Positions 1-10,177 are shown, counted from the stretch's first letter. The stretch is DNA of 64,000 nt from Bacteroidota bacterium (GCA_030550275.1 JAUQPR010000005.1:19899-83898); one strand, 5' to 3'. Notes: a model not told the origin generated them from the sequence alone. Numbers and translations are program-made.

Positions 1-1009
1 GCGGCGCGAACTGGGTGAGGACGCCATCATCCTTTCCACACGCACCGTCCGCGCAGCGGAGAAACCAGATCACGAGCTCATCGAGATCATCGCCACTGCC
101 GCCCCCGCGCACTCAAGCTCACCCGCCGTAGGCGAGGAGCTGCCCATGGCATCACAGCTCCAGCAGGAGCTGGCAGCGCTCCGCAGCGCCGTACACGAGC
201 TCTCCCTCCAACTGCGCTTCGGGCAGGTTCGCTCGCTTCCGCAATGGCAGCTCCTCTGGGAGCTTGCTGAACGGGAGGGCTTCTCCGAGAGCTTCCTCCT
301 GCGCCACAGTGCGGGGCTGGACCCGTCCCTCCCACTGCCGGAGCTGCAGCAGCAACTCCGGCATTCCCTCCTGCAACACCTCCGCTACGTTCCGCTACCG
401 GAACCCAGCCACCATCCGCTCCGCATCGTGCTCACGGGACTCCCCGGCGCGGGCGTTACCACGAGCCTGCTGAAACTGGCGCTGTTCTATGCCCTTGAGC
501 GCGGCTATCCCGTGCAGATCGTCTCCGCTGCAACCGATACGCTCGGCGCCCTCGAACAGCTCCAACTCTTCAGCTCGGTCACCGATATCCCGGTTGCCGA
601 AGTGCATACGGCACGGGAGCTGCAGCGTCTGCTCGGCAGCATCCCGCCGATTCCGCAGGTGGTCTTGGTCGAGCTCCCTACGGGGAATCCTCTGCACGGG
701 CAGCTCCAGCAGTTGTGGCAGAGCTACAAGAGCGCAGCTCAGCCGGATGCGACCTACGCAGTGATGAGCGCAACGGAATCCTCCGCCAACGCTTCCGCAT
801 TCGTGCAGGCGTGGCGGGAGCTGGGCAGCGATGCCCTGGTACTCACCAAACTGGACCTCGCCGTAGGAATTGGCGCTGTGGTGGAGGTCTTGAGTACCAC
901 CGCCCTCCCCATTGTTGCGTTGGGGATTGGACCGCGCATTCCGGAGGATTTCGCGGCAGCAAGCCCAGGAGCACTGGAGCAGTTTATTCTTCGAGGTCAG
1001 CAGCGATGA
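1..1009 (+). CDS. flhF: Flagellar biosynthesis GTPase FlhF (5' end outside window)
   Basis: Reading frame 2 is open from nt 2 (…GEDAIILSTR…) and continues into ORF 146..1009. SRP-type GTPase motifs are present: P-loop LTGLPGAGVTTS and VLTKLDLA. It is followed by flhG and fliA. Confidence 0.8.
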   Translation, partial: RRELGEDAIILSTRTVRAAEKPDHELIEIIATAAPAHSSSPAVGEELPMASQLQQELAALRSAVHELSLQLRFGQVRSLPQWQLLWELAEREGFSESFLLRHSAGLDPSLPLPELQQQLRHSLLQHLRYVPLPEPSHHPLRIVLTGLPGAGVTTSLLKLALFYALERGYPVQIVSAATDTLGALEQLQLFSSVTDIPVAEVHTARELQRLLGSIPPIPQVVLVELPTGNPLHGQLQQLWQSYKSAAQPDATYAVMSATESSANASAFVQAWRELGSDALVLTKLDLAVGIGAVVEVLSTTALPIVALGIGPRIPEDFAAASPGALEQFILRGQQR

Positions 1010-1788
1010 GACCTCCGCTGAGCATCGCCTTCGGGAGCGGTCGCGCCGGCGTAGGCAAAAGCACGCTTGTAGCCAACCTCGCCGTTGCTCTTCAGCGCCA
1101 GGGGTACCGCTGTCTGCTGTGGGATGCCAACATCTCGGCACCAACGCTGCATACGCTCTTCGGGGTGGACCCGCTCCTGCGCGCTGCCGATGCCTACTTC
1201 GGTCGCGTACAGCCGGAAGAGGTCCCGCTGGAGCTGCGCCCGGGGCTATGGCTGTTTGCCGAGCGCGCAACTTCATCGCCGGAAGCAGAGCAGCTCTTGG
1301 CGCGGCATTTCCAGAAGCTGTTGCAGCGGATTGCCCAACGCCTGCGCCCAGACGTTGTTCTGCTGGATCTCCCAGCCGGCTGGTCCGAGCTGGTCTACCT
1401 GGGCTGCTCCACGGCGGCGATGAACTGCCTGGTGCTGGGAGATGATATCGGCTCGGTCCTGGACGCTTACGGCTTTCTCAAAGCGCTCTCGGCACAGCCG
1501 GAAGCTCTCACGGTGCAGCTCATTGTCACCAACGTCGTGGACTCCTCCGATGCAGCCGAGATTGCGCAAAAGCTCAACACCGTTGCCGCGCGCTTTCTCG
1601 GACGGCGTTTTCCGCTCCTGGGAGAGGTGCCGTACGACCCGGCACACCGGGCAGCCCTCCTGCAACAGCGTCCGTTGGTTGAGCATCTGCCCACGGCGCC
1701 AGCGGCACAGGCATATCAGCGGCTTGCGATGGCGTTGATCCAAGCTCTGCAGCGCACCCATGCCCCGAGGGCGTCCCAAACAGCGTAG
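1006..1788 (+). CDS. flhG: MinD/ParA-type ATPase FlhG (FleN/YlxH)
   Basis: ATG at 1006 is in frame with ORF 715..1788. The N-terminus reads SIAFGSGRAGVGKSTLVANLA, a deviant Walker A. A 4-nt ATGA overlap with the flhF stop suggests translational coupling. Confidence 0.8.
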   Translation: MRPPLSIAFGSGRAGVGKSTLVANLAVALQRQGYRCLLWDANISAPTLHTLFGVDPLLRAADAYFGRVQPEEVPLELRPGLWLFAERATSSPEAEQLLARHFQKLLQRIAQRLRPDVVLLDLPAGWSELVYLGCSTAAMNCLVLGDDIGSVLDAYGFLKALSAQPEALTVQLIVTNVVDSSDAAEIAQKLNTVAARFLGRRFPLLGEVPYDPAHRAALLQQRPLVEHLPTAPAAQAYQRLAMALIQALQRTHAPRASQTA

Positions 1789-2014
1789 CAGCACCATCGG
1801 TTTCGTGCTCAATGTCGGCGTGCTTGCCGGCTGCGTTGCACTGATTATCTTTGCTGTGCAGCCAGAGCTTGCGCTGGAGGCAGCACTGGTGCGCGCGTTT
1901 CTCGTCTTCGTGGTCAGTGTGCTGGTGACAACCTTCGTCATCGGAGCCCTGCAGATGCTTCGCCGTGCCCGCCAGAGCTCTGGCACAGAGGACCGTGTTG
2001 GTGAACCGCTGTAA
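1760..2014 (+). CDS. Small hypothetical membrane protein
   Basis: 84-aa ORF with two hydrophobic helices lying between flhG and fliA. No recognisable family. Confidence 0.3.
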   Translation: MPRGRPKQRSSTIGFVLNVGVLAGCVALIIFAVQPELALEAALVRAFLVFVVSVLVTTFVIGALQMLRRARQSSGTEDRVGEPL

Positions 2015-2022
2015 GGACAGCC

Positions 2023-2805
2023 ATGCGGGGTCAGCAACTCTCACCCGAAGCGCTGCAAGAGACGTGGGAGCAGTATTGGCGCGAGCGCTCCGACGAGGCG
2101 CGCCGCCGCTTGCTCCTGCACTACCTCTGGCTTGTCCGCTACGCCGTGCAAAGCCTGGACCTGCCCGACCATAGCGTGCTGAGCGAAGAGGATCTGCTCC
2201 ACACGGGCGTGCTGGGGCTCAACGAAGCCATTGAGCGGTTCGACCCGACCCGGGGCACAAAGTTTGAAACCTACGCCCTCCCGCGAATTCGCGGGGCTAT
2301 GCTCGATGAGCTGCGCAAACTGGACTGGATGACCCGCTCCGCACGGCAGAAGCTGCATACCTACCATCGCGCTGCCGAGCTACTGCGCCAACAAAAGGGT
2401 GATGAGGTCTCCAGCGAAGAGGTGCGCCACTTCCTGGGGCTCTCCGAGCAGGAGTACCGCTCCTACCTGCAGGTGCTCTCCGAAGCGTACGCGACGCTCC
2501 CGAGCGAACCGTTCGGCGAGGAGGAGGAAGAGGCACACCCTGATCCACTGGAAACCGTGCCCGATCCCCATGCGCTCGATCCCAGCGAGGAGGTACACCG
2601 GCGCCAGCTCCTGGAGTTCATCCAGGAGTACCTGGCAAAGCTGCCCGAACGCAAGCGCCTGGTGATGGTGCTCTACTACTACGAAGGGCTGACCTTCCGC
2701 GAGATCGGGCAACTGCTCAACGTCACCGAAAGCCGCGTCTGCCAAATCCACGCCCAAGTGCTCGAAGAGATTCGCACCCAACTGCGCATCCACCACCATG
2801 CTTGA
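2023..2805 (+). CDS. fliA: RNA polymerase sigma factor FliA (sigma-28)
   Basis: 260 aa with sigma-70 region 2 and region 4 signatures (LVRYAVQS…, EGLTFREIGQLLNVTESRVCQIHAQ). Position is immediately after flhF-flhG. Confidence 0.85.
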   Translation: MRGQQLSPEALQETWEQYWRERSDEARRRLLLHYLWLVRYAVQSLDLPDHSVLSEEDLLHTGVLGLNEAIERFDPTRGTKFETYALPRIRGAMLDELRKLDWMTRSARQKLHTYHRAAELLRQQKGDEVSSEEVRHFLGLSEQEYRSYLQVLSEAYATLPSEPFGEEEEEAHPDPLETVPDPHALDPSEEVHRRQLLEFIQEYLAKLPERKRLVMVLYYYEGLTFREIGQLLNVTESRVCQIHAQVLEEIRTQLRIHHHA

Positions 2806-3712
2806 GCCCTCGCTGCAGCAGCGCCTCCGCCGGGTGGAATCCCTCCCCACTATTCCGCCGATTCTCCTCCAGGTACTGCACCTGCTGGAGAATCCGGAGG
2901 TTAGCGCCAGTGCTCTCGCCGACCTCATCGAGCGCGACCAGGCGCTGACGGCACGGCTGCTGCGCATCGCCAACTCGCCCCTCTATGGCTTCCCGCGCAA
3001 GGTAACCACAATTCGGCTGGCGATCGCCCTCTTGGGGAACGATACTCTCCGCGAGCTCCTCATGGGCACCGTTGCGTACGACTTCGTCCGCTTGGGACCC
3101 AACCACGAGCAGCTGCGCGAGGAGCTGTGGAGGTATTCGCTCTACTGCGCCGTTGCATGCCGCTGGCTGGCGCGCCGGCTGGGGTATCGCCCCCTTGGGG
3201 AAGCCTTTGTTGCCGGACTGCTGCACGACATTGGGGTTCTGCTTGCGGCAGCGTATCTGCCCGAGGAGTTCGCTGCCATCTTCCGCTACCAAGCCCGCCA
3301 CCGCATAGCCTACTGCGAAGCTGAGCTTGCCGTGTTGGGCACAACCCATGCCGAGCTGGGTTTCTGGCTTGCCGAACGCTGGGGATTGCCGGAGGTGCTC
3401 GCCATTGTGATGCGCGATCACCACATGCCCGACCCTCCCCCATACCCCAGCTCCCTCCCTCCGCACTCCCCGTTGGCGCAGTTGAACCAGCCATTGACCG
3501 CGCTTGCTGCCTGTGCTGAATATTTGGCGCACCACGCAGGGCTGCGTGCCTGGAGCGGCGAGGAGCAGCTCCATTCGCCGCTGTACTTCCCCACCGCCTT
3601 GCGGCAGCACCTTGTGGCACACGGCGTGCTATATGAATCGGGGGAACCCGAACCCGCCATCCTGGAGGAGCTCCACGCGGAATACCTCCAGTTGGCGAAC
3701 ATCCCGTGGTAG
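2798..3712 (+). CDS. HDOD domain signalling protein
   Basis: Contains LLRIANSPLYG…, GLLHDIGVLL and …HAELG…LAERWGLPE, typical of HD-related output domains. Overlaps the fliA stop by 8 nt. Confidence 0.75.
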   Translation: MLEPSLQQRLRRVESLPTIPPILLQVLHLLENPEVSASALADLIERDQALTARLLRIANSPLYGFPRKVTTIRLAIALLGNDTLRELLMGTVAYDFVRLGPNHEQLREELWRYSLYCAVACRWLARRLGYRPLGEAFVAGLLHDIGVLLAAAYLPEEFAAIFRYQARHRIAYCEAELAVLGTTHAELGFWLAERWGLPEVLAIVMRDHHMPDPPPYPSSLPPHSPLAQLNQPLTALAACAEYLAHHAGLRAWSGEEQLHSPLYFPTALRQHLVAHGVLYESGEPEPAILEELHAEYLQLANIPW

Positions 3713-3751
3713 CGCTGCCGCGCTGTACGCACAGCAGCAAAGACAGCAGCA

Positions 3752-5206
3752 ATGGCGCGATACGCCCTGTGCTCTCTCCTGATCGCCGTAGCCCTTGCAG
3801 AGGCTGCGCCGACGTTGGAGCGGTACGAGCGCGATAGCCTGGGACGCCTCCTCCTCTACTGCTCACAGCCTCCGACGGGGTGGAGCTCAGAGCTCTCTGC
3901 AGACAAACGGCGTGTGATCCTACGCCTCTCCGGCACACAGCTTTCGCCACAGGCGACCCAGCGCTCATGGCAATCGGGTCTGCTGCGCGAGGTCTACCCC
4001 CGCCGACATGGGGACAGTGTATGGGTGTACGTCCTCTTTGCCCAGCCCGTCGGATACAGCCTTGTATGGCTGCCTTACTCAAGCGCTTTCCTGCTGACCC
4101 CGGTGCAATGGGACCGGCTCACACCGGCGGAAGACCTCTACCACAGCGCTCTCCTGGCACTGGAGGTTGGAGCGGAAGCCCTTGCCGATAGCCTCCTCTC
4201 CGAAGCCGCACATGGCGGTCATCCCGACGCAGCTGCTTTGGTGGGCATCCGCACATTGCAACGGGGCATGCCGCTGACGGCATTGCAATGGCTGCGTGCT
4301 GGCTTCATACGTGGGAGCCGGCTGCCGGACCTCTACGCTGCAACCGCTCTGCTTGCCCTCTCCGCTGGGCAGGGTGTGCTCGCCCAATGGGCAGCCCGCT
4401 ACTTCACCGCTCTGTCGGCTCGCCCTCTTCCACCTGTGCCGAGCTTCCCTCCGGATAGCCTTGCAGCCGTGCTGGAACAGACACTTGCCGCACCGCTTCT
4501 GGATACCACAGTAGCTCCACCGCTGGCAGTGCCACCGGTGGACACTATCCCAACCGCACGAGCGGACTCGGCGTCTTCAGCCGTGAAGAACGCACGAAGC
4601 TCCTCCGGCACTCTCCCGCAATGGCTCCTGGTGTGGGCACCAATTGCCTTTGGGCTGGGCACAATTGGGCTTATTGCCCTGCTCCTGCGCAAGCTCTGGC
4701 AGAGGAGTCGGGCTCCGAGCTCGCCCACATCTTCGCCGCCGCCCGCTGCCGAGTTCGCCGCACATGTCCAGGCAGCCCTGCGCCGCTATCGGGAAGCCGA
4801 AGAGAGAACACCACCTTCGGAGCCGGCTCCTGTGGCAACGGCGTCGGAATCGGCTCCCTCCGCTCCAGAACCCACCCCATCTCTTGCAGACCCTGCAGCC
4901 GTCCTTGAAGAGACACGGCGAACGGCACAGCTCAGCACCGAGCTGCGCCAGCTCTGGAGGCACCGCATAGGGCAGCGGCAGCACTACGTGCGCTCGGTCC
5001 TGCAGCAGCTTACTCCCGAACACCTCCCGGAATCGGAGCAGGAGCGCGCACAACTGGCGCGGCGCCTCTCCATTGCTCCACAAGCGCTGGAGCTCCATCT
5101 CCGGTTGCGCGAACGCTCTGCTGCCGAATCCGCCCGGTGCATCCAAGGCTCTCCATCGTTCGTCTCCACCCCCAACGGAGCATCACATCCGGAAGGGGCA
5201 GCATGA
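3752..5206 (+). CDS. Hypothetical secreted/membrane protein (signal peptide, one TM, Pro-rich charged C-terminus)
   Basis: 484-aa ORF with an N-terminal signal-like segment and a TM helix (WLLVWAPIAFGLGTIGLIALLL). No recognisable catalytic motifs. Confidence 0.5.
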   Translation: MARYALCSLLIAVALAEAAPTLERYERDSLGRLLLYCSQPPTGWSSELSADKRRVILRLSGTQLSPQATQRSWQSGLLREVYPRRHGDSVWVYVLFAQPVGYSLVWLPYSSAFLLTPVQWDRLTPAEDLYHSALLALEVGAEALADSLLSEAAHGGHPDAAALVGIRTLQRGMPLTALQWLRAGFIRGSRLPDLYAATALLALSAGQGVLAQWAARYFTALSARPLPPVPSFPPDSLAAVLEQTLAAPLLDTTVAPPLAVPPVDTIPTARADSASSAVKNARSSSGTLPQWLLVWAPIAFGLGTIGLIALLLRKLWQRSRAPSSPTSSPPPAAEFAAHVQAALRRYREAEERTPPSEPAPVATASESAPSAPEPTPSLADPAAVLEETRRTAQLSTELRQLWRHRIGQRQHYVRSVLQQLTPEHLPESEQERAQLARRLSIAPQALELHLRLRERSAAESARCIQGSPSFVSTPNGASHPEGAA

Positions 5207-5607
5207 AGCAATGGGGACGTGTGTGGATTGTGCTCTTGGCAACGCTTGGACCGCTGTGGGCACGGGAGCAGCCGGCGCTGCGCTGGCAGGAGCCGGGAGC
5301 GCTTGTGCTCCAAGCCGAGCGCCGCACGGTTGCGGATTCGCTCCCGCGCGAGCATCGCATTCAGGGGATTCGGGAAGCCAACGGGGAGCACTTTCTCATC
5401 GTTGAGCTTGCCTCCGAGCAGCGCCGACTGGAGATCGCCGTATACAACCTGCTGGGCAAGCGCGTGGCGACGGTCTACCAGGGGAAGGCTTCTCCGGGGG
5501 TGCACGAGTATCCGATCCCGAGCGCCGGGCTCCCCAATGGCGTCTATATCTGCGTCGTGCAGGGCGATGGATTCCGGCTGGCACAGAAGTTCGTGGTGGC
5601 TCACTGA
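5203..5607 (+). CDS. Small secreted protein with T9SS C-terminal sorting domain
   Basis: ATG at 5203 follows a GGAAGGGG RBS and gives a signal peptide MKQWGRVWIVLLATLGPLWA. The C-terminus …EIAVYNLLGKRVATVYQG…GVYICVVQGDGFRLAQKFVV matches the Por/T9SS CTD pattern. Confidence 0.55.
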   Translation: MKQWGRVWIVLLATLGPLWAREQPALRWQEPGALVLQAERRTVADSLPREHRIQGIREANGEHFLIVELASEQRRLEIAVYNLLGKRVATVYQGKASPGVHEYPIPSAGLPNGVYICVVQGDGFRLAQKFVVAH

Positions 5608-6616
5608 AGTAGTCCTGCTCCTGGGGTGGCTGACAGCAGTCCAGGCGCAGCCGCTCATGCCGGCCACGGCAGGAGCATCCCTGCAACGCCCAGTTGGAGC
5701 TCGCCCCATTGGGCTGGGGGGCACGTACGTTGCCATCGCGAACGAACCCAGCGGCATCTTTGCCAATCCTGCGCCGATAGCCTGGTTGCCTCCACAGGCG
5801 CAGCTGAGCGCAACGGTGAGTGCACTGGGGCTGGGGCGGACCTCTGCTGCTCTGGCGTACGCTCAGGCAGTCAGCCCCGGTATCGGCATCGGTGTCGGGG
5901 TGCTCCGCTTCGGCGCCGGAGAGCTCCGGCTTCGTACCGCTGAGGGAATCCCCGCCGGAACGGCAACGGCACAGGATGTTGCACTCACCCTCTGCGGCGC
6001 CCTCGGCTGGGAGTTCCTCTCCACAGGGCTTGCCGCAAAGTACCTCTGGAGCGGGCTTTCCGGGACGGATATCAGCGCCAGCGGCTTTGCTTTCGACTTG
6101 GGAGCCAGCGCCCGTGTGGCGGAGCTCCTCTCCCTGGGCGTTGCGGTGCGCAACCTGGGAGGGCGGCTGCACTGGGCATCGGGCTGGGAGAATCTCCCCT
6201 ACACCGTGCACGTGGGGATTGCAACGGAGTTCAATTTCGGCGTCCCTGAGCGCGCCGAACGCTCTCCGGTCACCGGCGAGCTATCCCCGCAGCGGCTGAT
6301 ATCGGCAGAGTACGTGCTGCTGGGCATTGAACTGCAGTACGTCCAAGGGGCTGCGCGCCCGATGCTGCTGCTGGGCATCGAAGCGGTACCGATTGCCGGG
6401 CTTGCCGTGCGCGCCGGTACCAGCCTGTTTGCCGATTCCGAAGGGCATGCCCGCTGGCTGCCCGGGCATCACAGCGCAGCGGGCATCTCCGTGCAACTCC
6501 CTCCGCTGGAAGCAGTACCACTGCGCCTCCAGCTCGACTACAGCCTCAGCGCCGAACCCACCAGCCCCTCCCGCATTGCCCATACAGCGAGTCTGACCGC
6601 CTCCATTGCTCGATGA
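5567..6616 (+). CDS. Outer-membrane beta-barrel protein, PorV/PorQ-like (T9SS-associated)
   Basis: Signal peptide, then RPIGLGGTYVAIANEPSGIFANPA. Glycine-rich alternating hydrophobic strands follow to a C-terminal barrel. The start is uncertain; the ATG at 5567 was chosen. Confidence 0.5.
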   Translation: MDSGWHRSSWWLTEVVLLLGWLTAVQAQPLMPATAGASLQRPVGARPIGLGGTYVAIANEPSGIFANPAPIAWLPPQAQLSATVSALGLGRTSAALAYAQAVSPGIGIGVGVLRFGAGELRLRTAEGIPAGTATAQDVALTLCGALGWEFLSTGLAAKYLWSGLSGTDISASGFAFDLGASARVAELLSLGVAVRNLGGRLHWASGWENLPYTVHVGIATEFNFGVPERAERSPVTGELSPQRLISAEYVLLGIELQYVQGAARPMLLLGIEAVPIAGLAVRAGTSLFADSEGHARWLPGHHSAAGISVQLPPLEAVPLRLQLDYSLSAEPTSPSRIAHTASLTASIAR

Positions 6617-7770
6617 AGCAGTACGGCTTTGCCACGCGAGCGATCCACGTTGGGCAGGAAGCGGACCCGCTCACCGGAGCGGTTGTGCCGCCGCTGTACA
6701 TGACCTCCACCTACGCGCAGGAGGCTCCTGGGGTGCACAAGGGCTACGAGTACTCGCGCACCGACAACCCCACCCGGCGCGCCTGGGAGCGCAACATCGC
6801 AGCCCTGGAGGAGGGCACCGACGCAATCGCCTTCTCCAGCGGGATGGCGGCAATCGATAGCGTGGTGCGCCTGCTCCAACCGGGTGAGCACATCGTCGCG
6901 TGCGCTGACCTCTACGGCGGGACGGTGCGCCTGTTCGAGCGCGTCTGGAAAGCCTACGGTATCGGCGTCAGCTATGCCGAGGAGAGCACGCCCGATGCCA
7001 TCGCTGCCGAATTCACTCCACAGACGCGGATGCTGTACCTGGAGAGCCCCACCAACCCGCTGCTCCAGATCGCCGACATCGCGCAGCTCTCCGCCCTTGC
7101 CCACGCCCGCAATGCGTGGGTGGTGGTAGACAACACCTTCGCTACCCCATATGCCCAGACTCCGCTGACGCTGGGGGCAGACCTTGTGGTGCATTCCACG
7201 ACGAAGTACCTTGCAGGGCACTCCGACCTCATTGGGGGTGTTATCGTCGTGCGCCATGCCGAGCTTGCCGAACGGCTGCGCTTTCTTCAAAACGCCGTCG
7301 GTGCCATCCCCAGCCCTTTCGACTGCTGGCTATGCCTGCGCTCGGTCAAGACGCTGGCGCTGCGGATGCAGCAGCACGAGCGCAACGCGCTGGCAGTCGC
7401 CCAGCTCCTGGCACAGCACCCCCGGGTCGTTCGGGTCCACTATCCCGGGCTTGCCACCCATCCGCAGCACGAGCTGGCGCGACGGCAGATGCGCAACTTC
7501 GGTGGGGTCCTTTCGGTAGAGTTTCCCAGCGAGCAGCATGCACGCGCCTTCCTGCAAGCGCTGCGGCTTTTCACGCTGGCGGAATCTCTCGGCGGTGTGG
7601 AGTCCCTGGCGTGCCATCCGGCGACGATGACCCACGCCAGCGTGCCACGGGAGCGCCGTCTGCGGCTGGGCATCACCGATGGGTTGGTCCGGCTCTCGTG
7701 CGGAATCGAGGAGACGGAGGACCTCCTTGCCGATATCGAGCAGGCTCTGGCAGCCGTAGAGCGCCTCTAA
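6613..7770 (+). CDS. Cys/Met-metabolism PLP-dependent enzyme (cystathionine gamma-synthase/beta-lyase family)
   Basis: 385 aa with YSRTDNPTR…, PLP-lysine region HSTTKYLAGHSD, and EESLGGVESL. ATGA overlap with the upstream gene. Confidence 0.85.
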   Translation: MKQYGFATRAIHVGQEADPLTGAVVPPLYMTSTYAQEAPGVHKGYEYSRTDNPTRRAWERNIAALEEGTDAIAFSSGMAAIDSVVRLLQPGEHIVACADLYGGTVRLFERVWKAYGIGVSYAEESTPDAIAAEFTPQTRMLYLESPTNPLLQIADIAQLSALAHARNAWVVVDNTFATPYAQTPLTLGADLVVHSTTKYLAGHSDLIGGVIVVRHAELAERLRFLQNAVGAIPSPFDCWLCLRSVKTLALRMQQHERNALAVAQLLAQHPRVVRVHYPGLATHPQHELARRQMRNFGGVLSVEFPSEQHARAFLQALRLFTLAESLGGVESLACHPATMTHASVPRERRLRLGITDGLVRLSCGIEETEDLLADIEQALAAVERL

Positions 7771-9590
7771 CGCTTACGCTTCTTTGGAGTCCGGCGCGGA
7801 TTGGACTGCTGCGGGTTGAGCCGGCGTGCCAGGCTCGGCGGAAGGCGTTCGGCTTGCTCCTCGGCAAGGGCTTGCGCTTCGCGGAGACGGCGCATGAGCC
7901 AGCCCTCCTTCCGCGGTTGCCGCTTGAGGTCCTCCAGGGTGAGCTTCTGCTTGCGCCAGCGAGTCAGGTAGAGCTGGTGCACAATCCCCAGCAGGTTGAA
8001 CGTGAAGTAGTACAGGTTCAGCCCCGCGGGGAAGGCGGAGAAGAGCAGCGTCAGAAGCACCGGAAAGACGTAGGTCATCCAGCGTTGGCGCGGGTCCGTC
8101 ACCGTGAGGCGCTGCTGCACAAAGAGCGCTGCGCCCATCAGGAGCGCCAGCCCGGAGATGTAGTTGACCCCCAGGAGCGGGATCCGGAACGGAAGCGTCA
8201 CCAGGCGGTCCGGCACTGAAAGGTCCGTAATCCACAGCACAAAGGGGGTTTGGCGCAGCTCGATGGAGTAGTTCAGCACCGCCCAGAGGGCGTACAGGAT
8301 GGGGATCTGCAGCAGCATCGGCAGGCAACCGCTCATGGGGTTGATGCCGTACTCCTGGTAGAGCCGGAATAGCTCCCGCTGCTGCGCTTGGAGGTCGTCT
8401 CTGTAGCGTTCGCGAATCTTCTGGAGCTCTGGTGCCAGGAGCTGCATCCGCTGCGCCGAGCGCAGTTGCGGCAGTATCAGCGGGTGCAGCAGCAGCTTCA
8501 TCAGCAGCGCAAAGACAATGATGGCGATGCCGTAGTTGGGAATGAGCCAGTGGATCGCCTTGAGCACCGGCAGCATGAAGTACTCGCCGATGGGGCGCAC
8601 CAGCCAGCGGAGCCCGAACTCCACCATCGACTCCAGCCCGTACTGGCGCACCACATCGTAGGCAAGCGGTCCGACGTAGAGCTGCACTACATGTTCCTGC
8701 CTGCCCCCGCGGTAGGGCAGCCGAAGCGCCACTTCGTAGCGCTCCACCACGCCGTGATTCGGCGCCGGGAAGCGCTGCCCACGCGCGTAGACCGTCAGCT
8801 CGCTTGGGCGCGGCACAGGGATGAGCGCTGCAGCGAAGTACTTTACCTTCAGCCCCGCAAAGTCAATCTGCCCCGTTGCCTGCGTCTCCACGCTCTGACC
8901 GACCTCATGCGCATCGAGCTCTTCGAGCTCTCCGGCAAGGGAGATGAGCGCCCGTGCACTGTTGGACTCATCCACGCTGTTGTACTCCTGGTACTTGAGC
9001 CCACCGCTCCAGACCAGCTCCAGCCGGCGCTGGGCAACGAGATTCTCCACATTCGAGAGCACCACACCGGTCAGCACATCGTAGCGGTCGCCGTAGAAGC
9101 GGTACCAGCGTTCCACAAAGCGCACGGAATCCAGCCTGTAGCGCGCCCGTACCTCGAGCGAATCTCCAGCGGGGATGGTGTAGAGCGTATCGGTGGGGAG
9201 GTTGAATTCGAAGTGCCACCGGCGTGTATTCACGCGCCGCCCCTGGAAGTCGTAGAACTCCAGCGCCAAGGGGCGCTCGCCGGAAGGGATGAGCTGTACC
9301 GGCGTTCCGTTCCACGCCTTGTACTGGCGCAGCTCCCACCGGGCAAGGGTCCCGCCAGCGGAGCTGAGCCAGATCATCGCCCGCTGCGTCTGGACGCGGA
9401 GGAACACCTCCGGCGGCTGCGCTGCCGTATCGGCTGGCTGAAGCGCCGGTGGGGCCGTTGCCGGGGCAGCACTTGTCCGGAGCGTATCCGTAGGCTGCGG
9501 GGATGGAGCGTAGCGGATGGACATGTACAGGGTCCACACCGTCGTCAGTAGCGCAATCAGCACAATGCCCAGGAGCGCGCGGCGGTCCAT
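7767..9590 (-). CDS. yidC: Membrane protein insertase YidC
   Basis: 607 aa with the YidC/Oxa1 core (…GCLPMLLQIPILYALW…). Followed by yidD, rnpA and rpmH, the conserved cluster. Confidence 0.9.
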   Translation of the reverse strand: MDRRALLGIVLIALLTTVWTLYMSIRYAPSPQPTDTLRTSAAPATAPPALQPADTAAQPPEVFLRVQTQRAMIWLSSAGGTLARWELRQYKAWNGTPVQLIPSGERPLALEFYDFQGRRVNTRRWHFEFNLPTDTLYTIPAGDSLEVRARYRLDSVRFVERWYRFYGDRYDVLTGVVLSNVENLVAQRRLELVWSGGLKYQEYNSVDESNSARALISLAGELEELDAHEVGQSVETQATGQIDFAGLKVKYFAAALIPVPRPSELTVYARGQRFPAPNHGVVERYEVALRLPYRGGRQEHVVQLYVGPLAYDVVRQYGLESMVEFGLRWLVRPIGEYFMLPVLKAIHWLIPNYGIAIIVFALLMKLLLHPLILPQLRSAQRMQLLAPELQKIRERYRDDLQAQQRELFRLYQEYGINPMSGCLPMLLQIPILYALWAVLNYSIELRQTPFVLWITDLSVPDRLVTLPFRIPLLGVNYISGLALLMGAALFVQQRLTVTDPRQRWMTYVFPVLLTLLFSAFPAGLNLYYFTFNLLGIVHQLYLTRWRKQKLTLEDLKRQPRKEGWLMRRLREAQALAEEQAERLPPSLARRLNPQQSNPRRTPKKRKR

Positions 9591-9602
9591 AGGTTGCTCA
9601 GC

Positions 9603-9812
9603 TTATGGCACAGGATCGATGCCGCCAGGGTGCCAGGGATGACAGCGCAGGAGCCGTCGCAGCGCAAGCGCTCCACCTTTGAGCACGCCATAGCGCCGGA
9701 GTGCCTGTTCGGCATACTCGGAGCAGGAGGGATAGAAGCGGCACGCCCCGGGCAGCAGCGGCGAAACCAGCAGCCGGTACAGCCGAATCACTCCGATGAG
9801 GAGCGCACGCAT
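9603..9812 (-). CDS. yidD: Membrane protein insertion efficiency factor YidD
   Basis: Only the C-terminal 69 codons of ORF 9603..10415 are called: [42 protein letters not shown]…, a DUF37/YidD signature. Confidence 0.8.
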   Translation of the reverse strand: MRALLIGVIRLYRLLVSPLLPGACRFYPSCSEYAEQALRRYGVLKGGALALRRLLRCHPWHPGGIDPVP

Positions 9813-10177
9813 GAGCCCGAGACCGCTTGTTGCAGAACCTCTTGCACCACCGGCAGCACGTCGTGCAGTCGAATGCGGGCGGGATGCTCCGGTGCATTCC
9901 CCCGCCAAACCAACGCAACCGCCCGAAGCGGGAGCTGGAGGGCGAATCGGGGAAGGAGCTGACGGAGCGCTTCCCGCAGCAGCCGCCGAATCCGGCTCCG
10001 GACGACAGCCTTCTTGACTCGCCGCCGCGGGACGCTCACCACATACCCCACACTGCCGGGCGGCGCTCCAGCATCGGCAACCTGTACAACGAGCAACAGC
10101 ATGGGATGGACAACCCGCAACCCCGTTGTCCACAGCTCCTGAATTGCCTTCCGCTCCTTGAGTGGGCGCAGTACCAC
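9788..10177 (-). CDS. rnpA: Ribonuclease P protein component
   Basis: 129 aa with [20 protein letters not shown], the basic RnpA motif. Lies between rpmH and yidD. Confidence 0.8.
   Translation of the reverse strand: MVLRPLKERKAIQELWTTGLRVVHPMLLLVVQVADAGAPPGSVGYVVSVPRRRVKKAVVRSRIRRLLREALRQLLPRFALQLPLRAVALVWRGNAPEHPARIRLHDVLPVVQEVLQQAVSGSCVRSSSE

Noticed and set aside
395-1276. 293-aa minus-strand ORF antisense to flhF/flhG
   Set aside because: It lies entirely inside two well-supported plus-strand genes. The Arg/Ala/Pro/Gly-rich translation is typical of stop-free antisense frames in 65% GC DNA.
3060-4082. 340-aa minus-strand ORF antisense to the HDOD gene and the 3752 gene
   Set aside because: Low-complexity Arg/Gly/Pro/Ala composition and no motifs; it overlaps supported genes.
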